Of a stretch of 35,928 nucleotides of DNA, positions 24,862-33,008 are shown piece by piece. Numbering within the stretch: the stretch's first letter is position 1; each line of letters opens with the position of its first letter. The stretch is taken from positions 1 to 35,928 of IMG/VR virus record IMGVR_UViG_3300032373_001143. The stretch is one strand, 5' to 3'. A program made the translations under genes and the position numbers. The notes under the pieces were generated by a model. The model was not told the DNA's origin, did no database searches, and saw nothing but the letters and a program-made list of their open reading frames with translations. The DNA is from a virus. Taxonomy: Duplodnaviria; Caudoviricetes.

Positions 24862-25409
24862 GGAGTCTCCAGGGGTACGGGCGTGGGTGGGGTGTCGCGC
24901 CAGGACCACGACACGGCCCCGAGCGCTCCGGCCTCATCCGCGCCCCAGTGGGCGAGGGAGGCCGGGTCGACGTCGATGTAGAGGGCGACGGCGGCGACGC
25001 TGCCCAGGAGCTGGACGGCCGCCTCGAGCTGCTCGCGGGTCTCGACCTCCCCGAGCTGCAGGCACCGGACGCGGAGGTCGGCGGCAAAGGCCTCGGGGGC
25101 GGTGAGGCTGGAGTAGGTGGTGGCCGCCTTCCGGTCGTCCGCTTCGGGCTCCCGGGCCCGACGCGCCCACACCCGGGGCACCTCGATGGCGCAGGGGTGG
25201 GCGCGGGCGGCGGAGGCCGCACGACGGCAGGTGCCGGAGCACCACACGGCGTCGCGACGGGGCGGCCTGAAGCTCCCGATGCAGTAGGGGCACCAGGCCC
25301 GCGGCGGACCATCGGACCGAGCTCGGCGGAACGGCCGCATGTCAGCGGCAGGGCTTATCCGACACCTTTCCGCGTCATTCGTGACGTTCGTTCGTTCAGG
25401 CTGCAGCAT
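24858..25409 (-). CDS. Zn-finger protein (CPYC...CSGTC)
   Basis: WCPYC..F.P.R.DA.WCS..CR treble-clef-like motif; SD GGAGG before ATG 25409. Confidence 0.6.
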   Translation of the reverse strand: MLQPERTNVTNDAERCRISPAADMRPFRRARSDGPPRAWCPYCIGSFRPPRRDAVWCSGTCRRAASAARAHPCAIEVPRVWARRAREPEADDRKAATTYSSLTAPEAFAADLRVRCLQLGEVETREQLEAAVQLLGSVAAVALYIDVDPASLAHWGADEAGALGAVSWSWRDTPPTPVPLETP

Positions 25410-25692
25410 GGAGGGCCTCCCCGCGCTGCCAGGCAAGCCACTCGGCTTCCGTCTCGTTTTCGGCCGCGAGTTCGTCGAGGGTCACGAAGCGGATGCGGCC
25501 GAGCACCCGGTAGAGGTAGGCGGGCGGCCGGGGTGTCCAGCCCTTGTCGAGGGCCTTGCGCTGGTAGGCGGACCTCTGCTCCCACAGCTGTCGTCCGTGG
25601 GCGTCGAGCTGGCCCACAGCTGCGCGCTCGATGCGGGTGCCCGCTTCGGCCGTGCCGTCGACGTAGTGGTTGTCCTGGGCGAGGCGCATCAT
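25396..25692 (-). CDS. Hypothetical protein
   Basis: Coupled start; plausible composition. Confidence 0.55.
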   Translation of the reverse strand: MMRLAQDNHYVDGTAEAGTRIERAAVGQLDAHGRQLWEQRSAYQRKALDKGWTPRPPAYLYRVLGRIRFVTLDELAAENETEAEWLAWQRGEALHAAA

Positions 25693-26036
25693 CTGACCCC
25701 CGCGGCCACGAGGGCCTGGTGGCACTCCTCGAGGGATGGCGACCCCTGCCGGCCCTGGGGCGGCTGCGCCCGCGTCACGCCTGTTGTTCCAGGCCGCCCC
25801 TTCGCCGACGCGTCAAGGCGCTCCAGGAGCCCATCGGTGACGCTTGGGTGCAGACAGCCCCTGCCGATGCAGGAGCGCTGGTGCTCGCGCCTCGTGCGGC
25901 GGAACTGGGTGCCGTACCAGGCTCGGGCGGAGGCAAGGGCTTCCGCCTCGGGCACTCCGCCGTCCACGGTCATGATGGCGACCCGCTCTTCGACGAGGAA
26001 GGCCCAGGCTTGGATGCTGTGGATGGGAGGGAGCAT
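25689..26036 (-). CDS. Hypothetical protein with EERxAI-x3-GG motif
   Basis: EERVAIMTVDGGVPEAEA motif recurrent in phage replication-region proteins. Confidence 0.6.
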   Translation of the reverse strand: MLPPIHSIQAWAFLVEERVAIMTVDGGVPEAEALASARAWYGTQFRRTRREHQRSCIGRGCLHPSVTDGLLERLDASAKGRPGTTGVTRAQPPQGRQGSPSLEECHQALVAAGVR

Positions 26037-26317
26037 CAGGCGCCCCCGAAGAACGTGAGTTGCCCGACTTTGTCGATGCCCGGAGCTCCAGGGGCGATGT
26101 CGGAGGCCGACGCGGACCCGTAGGCGCGCATCGCCCGCAGGTAGGCCCCTCCCCCACCGCACGGGTCGTGCATGTGGTGGATGATGGCGCCGAGGAGCAC
26201 CGCGTGATGCCGGGCCCAAGCCACGTGGTCGGCCGCGACGTCGTCGGGCGTGTACCAGCGCTCCAACGGGTCGCGGCCGCTGGCAGAGCCACGGATGGCG
26301 GCGCCGGAGACGGTCAT
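26036..26317 (-). CDS. N-terminal (SAM-binding) half of an amino-DNA methyltransferase, 93 aa; truncated
   Basis: WYTP (motif X) and HDPCGGGGAY (motif I), SDI (motif II); stops before any NPPY/F motif. Confidence 0.65.
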   Translation of the reverse strand: MTVSGAAIRGSASGRDPLERWYTPDDVAADHVAWARHHAVLLGAIIHHMHDPCGGGGAYLRAMRAYGSASASDIAPGAPGIDKVGQLTFFGGA

Positions 26318-26433
26318 CGCTGCCCCCGATGGCGTCCCGCAATGCCCCACCCGAACGGAGCGCCGATCAGCCAGCCGATCAGCAGCAATGTCCATGGCTC
26401 GTCACCAGGTGGCCCGTCGGCTACCCTGTCGCC

Positions 26434-26673
26434 ATGCCTGAAGACGCCATCGACACCCTCGTTCGAGCTGGTGAGGAGGTCACTCTGGTCCTCAGCTTGT
26501 CGGCGACCCCATCCGAAATCCGTGGATTCTGGGACAGGGTTGCCCGCTACCAGCGCGACCTGCCAGAAGGGTCGGTCTTCGTCTACACAAACCGGTCCAA
26601 GCCCACCGTCGTCGTCCAACGTGGAGGCGGTGAGCAGTTCCTCATCAAACACATCATCGCCCAAGGCTTCTAG
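26434..26673 (+). CDS. Accessory hypothetical protein, 79 aa, probably leaderless
   Basis: TACCCT -10-like hexamer (26422-26427) 6 nt before ATG; abuts next gene (TAGATG). Confidence 0.65.
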   Translation: MPEDAIDTLVRAGEEVTLVLSLSATPSEIRGFWDRVARYQRDLPEGSVFVYTNRSKPTVVVQRGGGEQFLIKHIIAQGF

Positions 26674-27096
26674 ATGAGCGAAGACAACGAGAGCACCGAG
26701 CTGTCGACCCTTCATGGGGTTTCTGTCGGCATCGGGCCTGAAGGTTTTGCGAAGGCCGACAAGGTCGCCATCACCGAGCTCGTTCAGGCCCAGGCCCAGG
26801 CCGTGCTTGGCAACGTGCGCATCATCGAGCGCCAGCAAGCCATGGAGGAGACGCGGCTCAGCAACGACCACATCCAGGTGATGAGACGGATGGAGATGGC
26901 CGAGAAGGTCGCCAGAGCCAACCAGGGCATGGCGATGCTCTTCCTTGGGGCCCTGCTGTTCATCTTCGTTGGCGTGATGGCCTTTGCCATCATCACGGAG
27001 CGGTACCAGATCGTGGAGAACTCCCTGCTGGTCATCATCAGCTTCATCGGCGGCACAGGCACCGGCTACGGCTGGCGAAAGCGCAAAGAAGGCTAG
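26674..27096 (+). CDS. Accessory membrane protein, coiled coil plus two C-terminal TM helices
   Basis: MAMLFLGALLFIFVGVMAFAII and SLLVIISFIGGTGTGYGW followed by basic tail RKRK. Confidence 0.8.
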   Translation: MSEDNESTELSTLHGVSVGIGPEGFAKADKVAITELVQAQAQAVLGNVRIIERQQAMEETRLSNDHIQVMRRMEMAEKVARANQGMAMLFLGALLFIFVGVMAFAIITERYQIVENSLLVIISFIGGTGTGYGWRKRKEG

Positions 27097-27212
27097 CGGC
27101 CGCATCGGGGCACCTCAGCGGAAGGGGTGCAGTGCGTCCCGTCTTCGGGGACCCCATGCATGATGTAGGGTCCCGTCTGCGTACCGATGCGCAGAGAAGC
27201 CTTGGAGACTCC

Positions 27213-27779
27213 ATGCCTGTTCGCGATTTCATGGTCCGCGCCGTTCTCGGTGTCGCGGTCCCTGCTGCCCTGATGGCCCCGCTCGGCGTGGCGTATGCGA
27301 CCTCTCTCGGAGATCTCCTCGTGACTGTTACGGGTGCCGAAATCGAGCCTGACGTGAGCGGAGGGAACGTGTCTCTCTACGCCTTGAAGGCGAAGACGAT
27401 TGAGGGCGGCGTGCTCACTCGAGAGGTTGTCATCATCGCTAGCGGCGAGGAGTACAACAGGTTCAATCCGACGGACGCCGCGCGCATCAGCGTGAACGAG
27501 GTTGACTCGTTCACGGCCAATCTCGACTCCTGCCTCGCTTACAGCTTCCCGGCAGACTTCGGTAGCTCCACGTGTACCGTCCGGACCACAGACGGGTCCG
27601 TGTCCGTGCGCGTCAGCGTTGCCGATGACGACACCGGGTCGGCCGACGAGCTCCCCCGCCTGGAGGGAGAGCTCACCGTCGTGGACGCCCTCCGTTCCAC
27701 CGACGTCACAGTTGACCGCGATGACCTTGTCAGTGTGCGAGACAGTCTTCGGGCGGCCGCGACGCAGGCACGACTGTAG
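27213..27779 (+). CDS. Accessory secreted beta-rich protein, 188 aa
   Basis: SD GGAG; signal peptide ending VAYA; acidic beta-rich body with one Cys pair. Confidence 0.75.
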   Translation: MPVRDFMVRAVLGVAVPAALMAPLGVAYATSLGDLLVTVTGAEIEPDVSGGNVSLYALKAKTIEGGVLTREVVIIASGEEYNRFNPTDAARISVNEVDSFTANLDSCLAYSFPADFGSSTCTVRTTDGSVSVRVSVADDDTGSADELPRLEGELTVVDALRSTDVTVDRDDLVSVRDSLRAAATQARL

Positions 27780-27799
27780 AGCCTGGCGGCCGACAGGCC

Positions 27800-28042
27800 T
27801 CACGCCGCCACCAGTTCGAGCAAGCGGCCCCGCTCCTCGGTCGGGATGGCGAGGGCGTCGGCCAGCGCGACAAGGTCTTCGTACCTGGGCCGCCGACGCC
27901 CAACAATCCAGGCGGACAACGTCTTCCGACTCACCTTGTGGCCCTGATTCGCCATCAAGTCCAGGACATCGGCGCGGCTCATCTTGCACATCTCAAGGCG
28001 GGCAAGAACTACTTGACCGAAGGCACTGGGGGGGCGGGGCAT
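27800..28042 (-). CDS. cro: Cro-like XRE HTH protein
   Basis: VSRKTLSAWIVGRRRPRYEDLVALADAL; 80 aa; divergent from cI-like gene. Confidence 0.75.
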   Translation of the reverse strand: MPRPPSAFGQVVLARLEMCKMSRADVLDLMANQGHKVSRKTLSAWIVGRRRPRYEDLVALADALAIPTEERGRLLELVAA

Positions 28043-28044
28043 CT

Positions 28045-28111
28045 TGACTCCGTTCAGTAGACAAGGACCACCCTACGCTGACCCGAAGCGCCTGTCTACA
28101 AAATGGGGACA
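28045..28111. promoter_or_regulatory. OR-like region: operators 28045-28063 and 28093-28111 plus leftward promoter PR
   Basis: TGACTCC-N5-GTAGACA and TGTCTAC-N5-GGGGACA; minus-strand TAGACA(28098-28093)-N17-TAGGGT(28075-28070). Confidence 0.75.
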
Positions 28112-28146
28112 AGTTTTGGCCTACGCTAGCCTTGGAGGTAGATGAC

Positions 28147-28524
28147 ATGGGGAAAGTCGGGGGCATTCAGGCGCGGCTATTGAGGGCCGCCCTCCGTGCT
28201 CGTCGGGAAGAGCTCGGCCTGAACATCCGGCAGGCTGCCGTTCTGGTCGGACGGGAGCTTCGGGACCGGACTGGGCTGTCGTACCAGGCGCTGTCGAAGT
28301 GGGAGAACGACGCCTCACAGCCGCGAATTGACCAGTTTGCGGCATGGGCCCGGGCCATGGGCATGCGCCTCGACATTCAGCTCCTCGACCCGAATGATGG
28401 CCGAGTGGCGCTGCAGTTGTCGCCCCGTGTGATCCCGAGCGCACGCGCTCTAGAAGTGCTATCAGACGCCGACCTGGCCATGGTCGAGGACATGATCAGG
28501 AGGCTGTCAGAACGCGGCACCTAG
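28147..28524 (+). CDS. cI: CI-like XRE repressor (no S24 peptidase domain), 125 aa
   Basis: LRARREELGL...LSYQALSKWENDASQP; SD GGAGG; flanked by operators on both sides. Confidence 0.8.
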   Translation: MGKVGGIQARLLRAALRARREELGLNIRQAAVLVGRELRDRTGLSYQALSKWENDASQPRIDQFAAWARAMGMRLDIQLLDPNDGRVALQLSPRVIPSARALEVLSDADLAMVEDMIRRLSERGT

Positions 28525-28531
28525 AGGTTTT

Positions 28532-28593
28532 TGTCTACGACTTGTAGACAGCATGGACTGGCTGCCATATGGTTCGTCTACCATCTGGCGACA
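28532..28593 (+). promoter_or_regulatory. OL-like region: operators 28532-28550 and 28575-28593 plus rightward promoter PL
   Basis: Perfect TGTCTAC-N5-GTAGACA and CGTCTAC-N5-GGCGACA; TAGACA(28545-28550)-N17-TATGGT(28568-28573). Confidence 0.8.
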
Positions 28594-28617
28594 ACCTCCA
28601 GATGTGGAGGAGCCAAG

Positions 28618-28746
28618 ATGTCCGCCCTACTGGAAGCCGCTGCTCAAGTTGAACCGATGGTCTCCATCCTCACCGCGCTTGGCGGGATGGCTTGGGTGGC
28701 CATGAGCGCCGTAGCCGGGACCCCTCCCGCTGGCGGTGCAGCTTGA
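28618..28746 (+). CDS. Small single-TM protein, 42 aa
   Basis: SD GGAGGAG; VSILTALGGMAWVAMSAVA. Confidence 0.6.
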   Translation: MSALLEAAAQVEPMVSILTALGGMAWVAMSAVAGTPPAGGAA

Positions 28747-29240
28747 GCCGCGACGTGATGGCGGCGGCCGCCAAGACCCTCCGGGAGCGGCGCGAGTCCC
28801 TCGGCCTCTCCCACCAGGAGGTGGCCCGCGTCGCCCGCGTGCCGACCCACGCGGTGCTCACCCTGGAGGCAGGACAGGCCCCAACAGCGCTCTGCTGGCT
28901 GGATGCGTGGGCGGCCGCCCTGGGCATGGAGCTGCACATCGGTGTCCGACCCATCCGGCAGTCGGCAGCAGCAGCCCCCATCGCCCCCGAAGACCTCCTG
29001 GCTCGGCTCTGCGGCATCGTGGAGGTTGGTGGGGACCCTCACGCCGTGACGATGGTGGAGCGCCTCCGTCGCATCATCGAGGACGACGAGCGGAGCGGGG
29101 CGGAGCTCCGCCGGCTCTTCGCGTGGGCTCGAGGTGCCGCCCGCGAGTTCTCTGGGCGCGGGGAAGAGGCCCGCCTGTGGCGCCAGCTCTGCATCGACCT
29201 GGGGGAGACGCCTGCGTACCCACTGGCGGTGGTGGCATGA
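28743..29240 (+). CDS. XRE HTH protein resembling the CI N-terminal domain
   Basis: LRERRESLGLSHQEVA...WAAALGMELHI vs CI LRARREELGLNIRQAA...WARAMGMRLDI. Confidence 0.75.
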   Translation: MSRDVMAAAAKTLRERRESLGLSHQEVARVARVPTHAVLTLEAGQAPTALCWLDAWAAALGMELHIGVRPIRQSAAAAPIAPEDLLARLCGIVEVGGDPHAVTMVERLRRIIEDDERSGAELRRLFAWARGAAREFSGRGEEARLWRQLCIDLGETPAYPLAVVA

Positions 29241-29614
29241 AGGCCTCCATCGCCGAAGGCGGCCACTTCTCGGGCCCCTGGAAACTCGTGGGGCCACACT
29301 TCGGCCACTGGAACGTCCGGCAGGACCCCGCGAACTGGGACGGCCAGGGCTACCAGCACATCTGCAGCCTTCCGGCCATGCCGAAGGACACCCAGTACGG
29401 CGAGTGGTTCAGGGCGACGGCGGAGCTCATTGCTTCCGCCCCGACGCTGTTGGCCCGCACCGAGGCTGCCGAAGCCGAGCGGGACGCCCTGGCCGAGAGG
29501 GTCGCGGCGCTCGAAGAGTCCCTTGCCTTGACCATCGGCGACGAGAGCCCCCTCCCACCGCTGGCGAAGGATGTCGTCCGCGGCTTCTTCGCGCCGGCGG
29601 GGGTGGGCAGCTGA
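29237..29614 (+). CDS. Phage early hypothetical protein (GPW...LIAxAP family)
   Basis: SGPWK and AELIASAPTLL motifs followed by coiled coil. Confidence 0.65.
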   Translation: MKASIAEGGHFSGPWKLVGPHFGHWNVRQDPANWDGQGYQHICSLPAMPKDTQYGEWFRATAELIASAPTLLARTEAAEAERDALAERVAALEESLALTIGDESPLPPLAKDVVRGFFAPAGVGS

Positions 29615-29988
29615 TGCCGCTCGACCCGCACAGGGCGGCCGATTCGTGGGCCGCTCGCGTCGATGCCCTAGAGGAGGACGGGTGCCACACCGGCGCCACC
29701 CGTGATGAGGCAATAGCGGCGGCGGCCGAGCCCCTCATCGACAATGTCGAAACCGGATTCGAGGAGCCGGGGCGCTACGAGCTGACGGTGCTTTCCGGAT
29801 GCGTGTGGCACGACCGCTGCGACAACGAGAGCTGTCCGTACGGGTGCGGACGGGAGATGGCCGACCACGACCATGTGCTTGTCGATCACGACCTGCCGCG
29901 CCTGCCTGCCGCCATCGAGGTCTACGCCACGGCGGAGGACGCGGACGGGCCCTGCGACTTCGACTGGCGGGAGGTGCCGGATGCCTGA
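29614..29988 (+). CDS. Acidic hypothetical protein with Cys/His cluster
   Basis: TGATG coupling; GATRDEAIA motif; HDRC...CPYGC...HDH. Confidence 0.6.
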   Translation: MPLDPHRAADSWAARVDALEEDGCHTGATRDEAIAAAAEPLIDNVETGFEEPGRYELTVLSGCVWHDRCDNESCPYGCGREMADHDHVLVDHDLPRLPAAIEVYATAEDADGPCDFDWREVPDA

Positions 29989-30112
29989 CCTCGACCCGCA
30001 CACCGTGGCCGCCCTCCTGATCGGCCTCTCCCTCGCCCTCGTGTGGGCGTGGACCACCTCCCCCGACGCACGCCGGCGACAGCGTGCGGCCATCTACCGG
30101 AGCCTGCAATGA
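29981..30112 (+). CDS. Small single-TM protein, 43 aa
   Basis: SD GGAGG; VAALLIGLSLALVWAW. Confidence 0.6.
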   Translation: MPDLDPHTVAALLIGLSLALVWAWTTSPDARRRQRAAIYRSLQ

Positions 30113-30579
30113 GGATGCATCTCGGCCTTGTGCTGCCCACTGGGGCCATCGACTATACCGTGTGCGGCCAACCCGTCTCCTCCCCCGAGGACGACGGCGA
30201 CGGAGGCACACGGACCACCTCCGGTGAGCCTGTGGGCGTGGGGGGTGACTGGGCTATCGCCCAGCTCCACGACAAGGCGTGCCAGGACTGCCACGCATCG
30301 GCAGACGGGGTCCTCCGGGGCGTCCGCGAGGGGCTCCGGGAGCGGACCAAGGCCGAGGGGTCCTGGTCCCTCCATGCCGAGGTCGTGGACCTGGGCGAGC
30401 ACCAGGAGGCCGAGGGCCGCTGGGGCGTCCGCTTCGCGGTTCGTGGGTGGCAGGTCCATCGCGAGGAGCACCTTGTGCGCTACCCGAAGCGCGCAGGCGC
30501 CGTGCACCATGCCTGCGGCATCCTCGAGCACCACGCCAAGACGGAGCGCAAAGCGGCGCACCAGGGTGGGTGGCGATGA
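30109..30579 (+). CDS. Hypothetical Zn-binding protein
   Basis: H...TVCG...CQDC; coupled overlaps. Confidence 0.55.
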   Translation: MRMHLGLVLPTGAIDYTVCGQPVSSPEDDGDGGTRTTSGEPVGVGGDWAIAQLHDKACQDCHASADGVLRGVREGLRERTKAEGSWSLHAEVVDLGEHQEAEGRWGVRFAVRGWQVHREEHLVRYPKRAGAVHHACGILEHHAKTERKAAHQGGWR

Positions 30580-31085
30580 GCAACCGAGCAACCGTCTTCG
30601 GCCACAAGACCGTCGAGGTCCGGCGCTACGTGCCAGGCGCGAAGCCGGACACGAAGAAGGCCTACAAGGAGATGCTCTCCGGCGAGTCGGGATGGACCCG
30701 CGTGGAGATCTGGCGACCGCTCGTAGGCCTCTTCAGCAGGCCTAAGCGTCCCGACGAAGAGGACGGGGCAGCGCTCATCCTCCGCAAGGGCATCTCCACC
30801 GCTCAGGGGGATTGGAGCGACTTGCTGCACCGCGCGCAGCTCGCCCAGGTCGAGGAGGCGCTCCGGGCCGCGGGTCCGGATGGGGCCGCCTCTCGGGACC
30901 TCATCCGGGCCCACGTCGCGACGAAGGGCCGCCCCGACCTCCCCCTCCCCTACGTCTTCATGGGCAACGTCATGGCGACCCGGCTCGGGGAGCTCGTTGC
31001 AGTCGACAGGGCCACCAAGCGCCGCCGCCAGCAAGGCAAGCGCCGCACCACCATCTACACCCACCCCGACCACCTGGAGGCCTGA
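30576..31085 (+). CDS. Hypothetical protein with possible C-terminal winged helix
   Basis: VEEALRAAGPDG..SRDL...RLGELV...RRTTIY; coupled overlaps. Confidence 0.55.
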   Translation: MSNRATVFGHKTVEVRRYVPGAKPDTKKAYKEMLSGESGWTRVEIWRPLVGLFSRPKRPDEEDGAALILRKGISTAQGDWSDLLHRAQLAQVEEALRAAGPDGAASRDLIRAHVATKGRPDLPLPYVFMGNVMATRLGELVAVDRATKRRRQQGKRRTTIYTHPDHLEA

Positions 31086-31726
31086 TGCAGGGCTCTCATC
31101 GGACGGCCGCCGTCGCCCTGCGTGGCGACCCGGCCCCTCGACTACTTCGCCCGCAGGACATCCCCGGCGGTCCATGGATCAACGCGCCGGCGAAGCGCGG
31201 GGGGCTCACCGGCTCCTGGGTCACACACGGCCTCGTTTGCGACACCGCTGGCCGCCGACACCGCGGGGACAGGCTCGCCGGGTGGTTCGTGTGGCTGGGG
31301 GATGCCGAGGGGCATGGGGCCCGATGCCTCCGGGCACGGATGGCCGACGTGCTCACCGATGCCTTCGGTGGGCCAGTGGCCCCAGGCCACCTCACGGAGG
31401 TCTTGGGGCTGCCCGCGGGGGCGCGTGGCGATGCGCCGCTCTCCTTCCTCGAGGACGACGAGGTCGCGTGCCTGGCTCGGCATGTGGCCCGCCTTTGGGT
31501 GCTCGCAGAGCGCTGCGGAATGCAGGTGGTTCCCACCGGTGGAGCCACGATTGGGCGACCTTCTGAAGGGCCGCTCATCCCCACCCTCTTGGCTGGAGGA
31601 GCCCCGAAGGTGTGGCTCCTCCGGCTGCGTGGGCAGCGGGACGTGCCCATCCGCTCGTGGGTGGAGGGCGACACCGTGACGTCCGTCCTGGACGACGAGA
31701 CCGAGACTGCAGGAGGCCAGCGATGA
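31085..31726 (+). CDS. Hypothetical protein, 213 aa
   Basis: SD GGAGG with TGATG overlap. Confidence 0.55.
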   Translation: MQGSHRTAAVALRGDPAPRLLRPQDIPGGPWINAPAKRGGLTGSWVTHGLVCDTAGRRHRGDRLAGWFVWLGDAEGHGARCLRARMADVLTDAFGGPVAPGHLTEVLGLPAGARGDAPLSFLEDDEVACLARHVARLWVLAERCGMQVVPTGGATIGRPSEGPLIPTLLAGGAPKVWLLRLRGQRDVPIRSWVEGDTVTSVLDDETETAGGQR

Positions 31727-31944
31727 GCAAGAAACTGAACCCCGAGGCCCGCGCCGTGGTTGAGCTACGCGTTGAAGTCCAGCTGGGTGCCAGATGGGGC
31801 GCAGCCTGCACCGTGCAGCAGGTGTTGGACCAGGCGGCGAGGGAGGCTGAGAGCACGGTCCGTGCTCGCCTCAAAGACGTGTCCGGTGTGCGCGTAGTCG
31901 GCGGTCCTCGCGTCGTCACAGTCGTGATGGATGGTGAGTCATGA
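31723..31944 (+). CDS. Hypothetical protein, 73 aa
   Basis: SD AGGAGG, ATGA overlap. Confidence 0.6.
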   Translation: MSKKLNPEARAVVELRVEVQLGARWGAACTVQQVLDQAAREAESTVRARLKDVSGVRVVGGPRVVTVVMDGES

Positions 31945-32132
31945 GCCGGCACAAGCTGACCCTGCGCTCCCTGGCCACCCACAAGGTGGTGGACCCCACT
32001 CCAGAGACCGACGAAGACGGCGGCGTGGTGACCTACCCAACAGCTGCGGAAGCGTCCCTTGCTGCCACTGCCTTCGAGTGCCCTGCCGGACAGGTGGTCG
32101 TGCCCGAGCAGGTCGATGGTGGTGGGCGATGA
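31941..32132 (+). CDS. Hypothetical protein, 63 aa
   Basis: ATGA overlaps both ends. Confidence 0.55.
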   Translation: MSRHKLTLRSLATHKVVDPTPETDEDGGVVTYPTAAEASLAATAFECPAGQVVVPEQVDGGGR

Positions 32133-32365
32133 GCCGTGCCGAACGCAACGACTTCCGGAAGCGCCTGTTGCGGTGGCTCTGCAGCCGCACCACAGGCTTC
32201 ACCGCCCGGCAAGCAGCCAGACTGGTGGGCGGCTGCCCCCGCAACGCTCGGCGCGTCCTGTCCGACCTCACAGACGAAGGCATCGTCGTAGACGTCGGCG
32301 TGAGGATGGACGGGGCCTTCGTGTACGAGTCCGCCATCTCCTGGCGACGCATGGAGGCAGCGTGA
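32129..32365 (+). CDS. Small winged-helix DNA-binding protein
   Basis: RLLRWL...FTARQAARLVG...NARRVLSDLTDEGIV. Confidence 0.7.
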   Translation: MSRAERNDFRKRLLRWLCSRTTGFTARQAARLVGGCPRNARRVLSDLTDEGIVVDVGVRMDGAFVYESAISWRRMEAA

Positions 32366-32769
32366 GCGAGAGCCTTCGAATGGACATCACCCAGGCCGGC
32401 GAAGTCTTGCGGGCCTTGGCGGACGACGTGGGCGCTGGCGCGCTCCGTGACCGGCTGACTGTGATCATCGGGATGGTGGACGACCTCCACGAACCCGCCG
32501 CCGACCTCCGCCGCGACCTCGAGCACGAGCGGTACGACCACCGCGGGACGCGGGACGAGCTTGACCACCTGGAGATCAAGGTCGAGAGCCTGACCTCGTG
32601 GAGCAGCGACGACGTCGCCATGGCTGCGGCATGCGCGACACCAGCGGACGCGGTGAGGGCTGCCCGGGAGACCGTGGAGGTGCTCCGTCGGTCGGCTGGC
32701 CAGTCCGGCACCGGCGGGATGCTGGCGGACCTTGTGGAGATTCTTGCAGACCAAGCGGAGGCGACATGA
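32362..32769 (+). CDS. Coiled-coil hypothetical protein
   Basis: SD GGAGG, GTGA overlap. Confidence 0.6.
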   Translation: MSESLRMDITQAGEVLRALADDVGAGALRDRLTVIIGMVDDLHEPAADLRRDLEHERYDHRGTRDELDHLEIKVESLTSWSSDDVAMAAACATPADAVRAARETVEVLRRSAGQSGTGGMLADLVEILADQAEAT

Positions 32770-33008
32770 GCCCGTCCGACCCCAACCTCGACCACTGGTC
32801 CGTCACCGTCGCCAGTAGGCACCACGTGTCCCAGGTGGTCACGACGGCCCGGATGCTCGACGTGAGCGCGTCCACCTCTGGCTGCGTCGTCGACCTCATC
32901 GGCCAGAAGGGTCAGGCGAACTGGCTGGCCTACAACCTGGTGTCCAGCGGCCTCGCAACGGAGGCCCGCAGCTTCGACGGCGTTGTGATGCGCAAGGAGG
33001 CCCCATGA
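32766..33008 (+). CDS. Hypothetical protein, 80 aa
   Basis: SD GGAGG, ATGA overlap. Confidence 0.55.
   Translation: MSPSDPNLDHWSVTVASRHHVSQVVTTARMLDVSASTSGCVVDLIGQKGQANWLAYNLVSSGLATEARSFDGVVMRKEAP

Noticed and set aside
26425-27797. Invertible cassette bounded by CCTGTCG/CGACAGG
   Set aside because: Only 7 bp, chance level in this GC content; no invertase
27781-27798. Terminator between the secreted-protein gene and cro
   Set aside because: Short imperfect GC stem with no U tract on either strand
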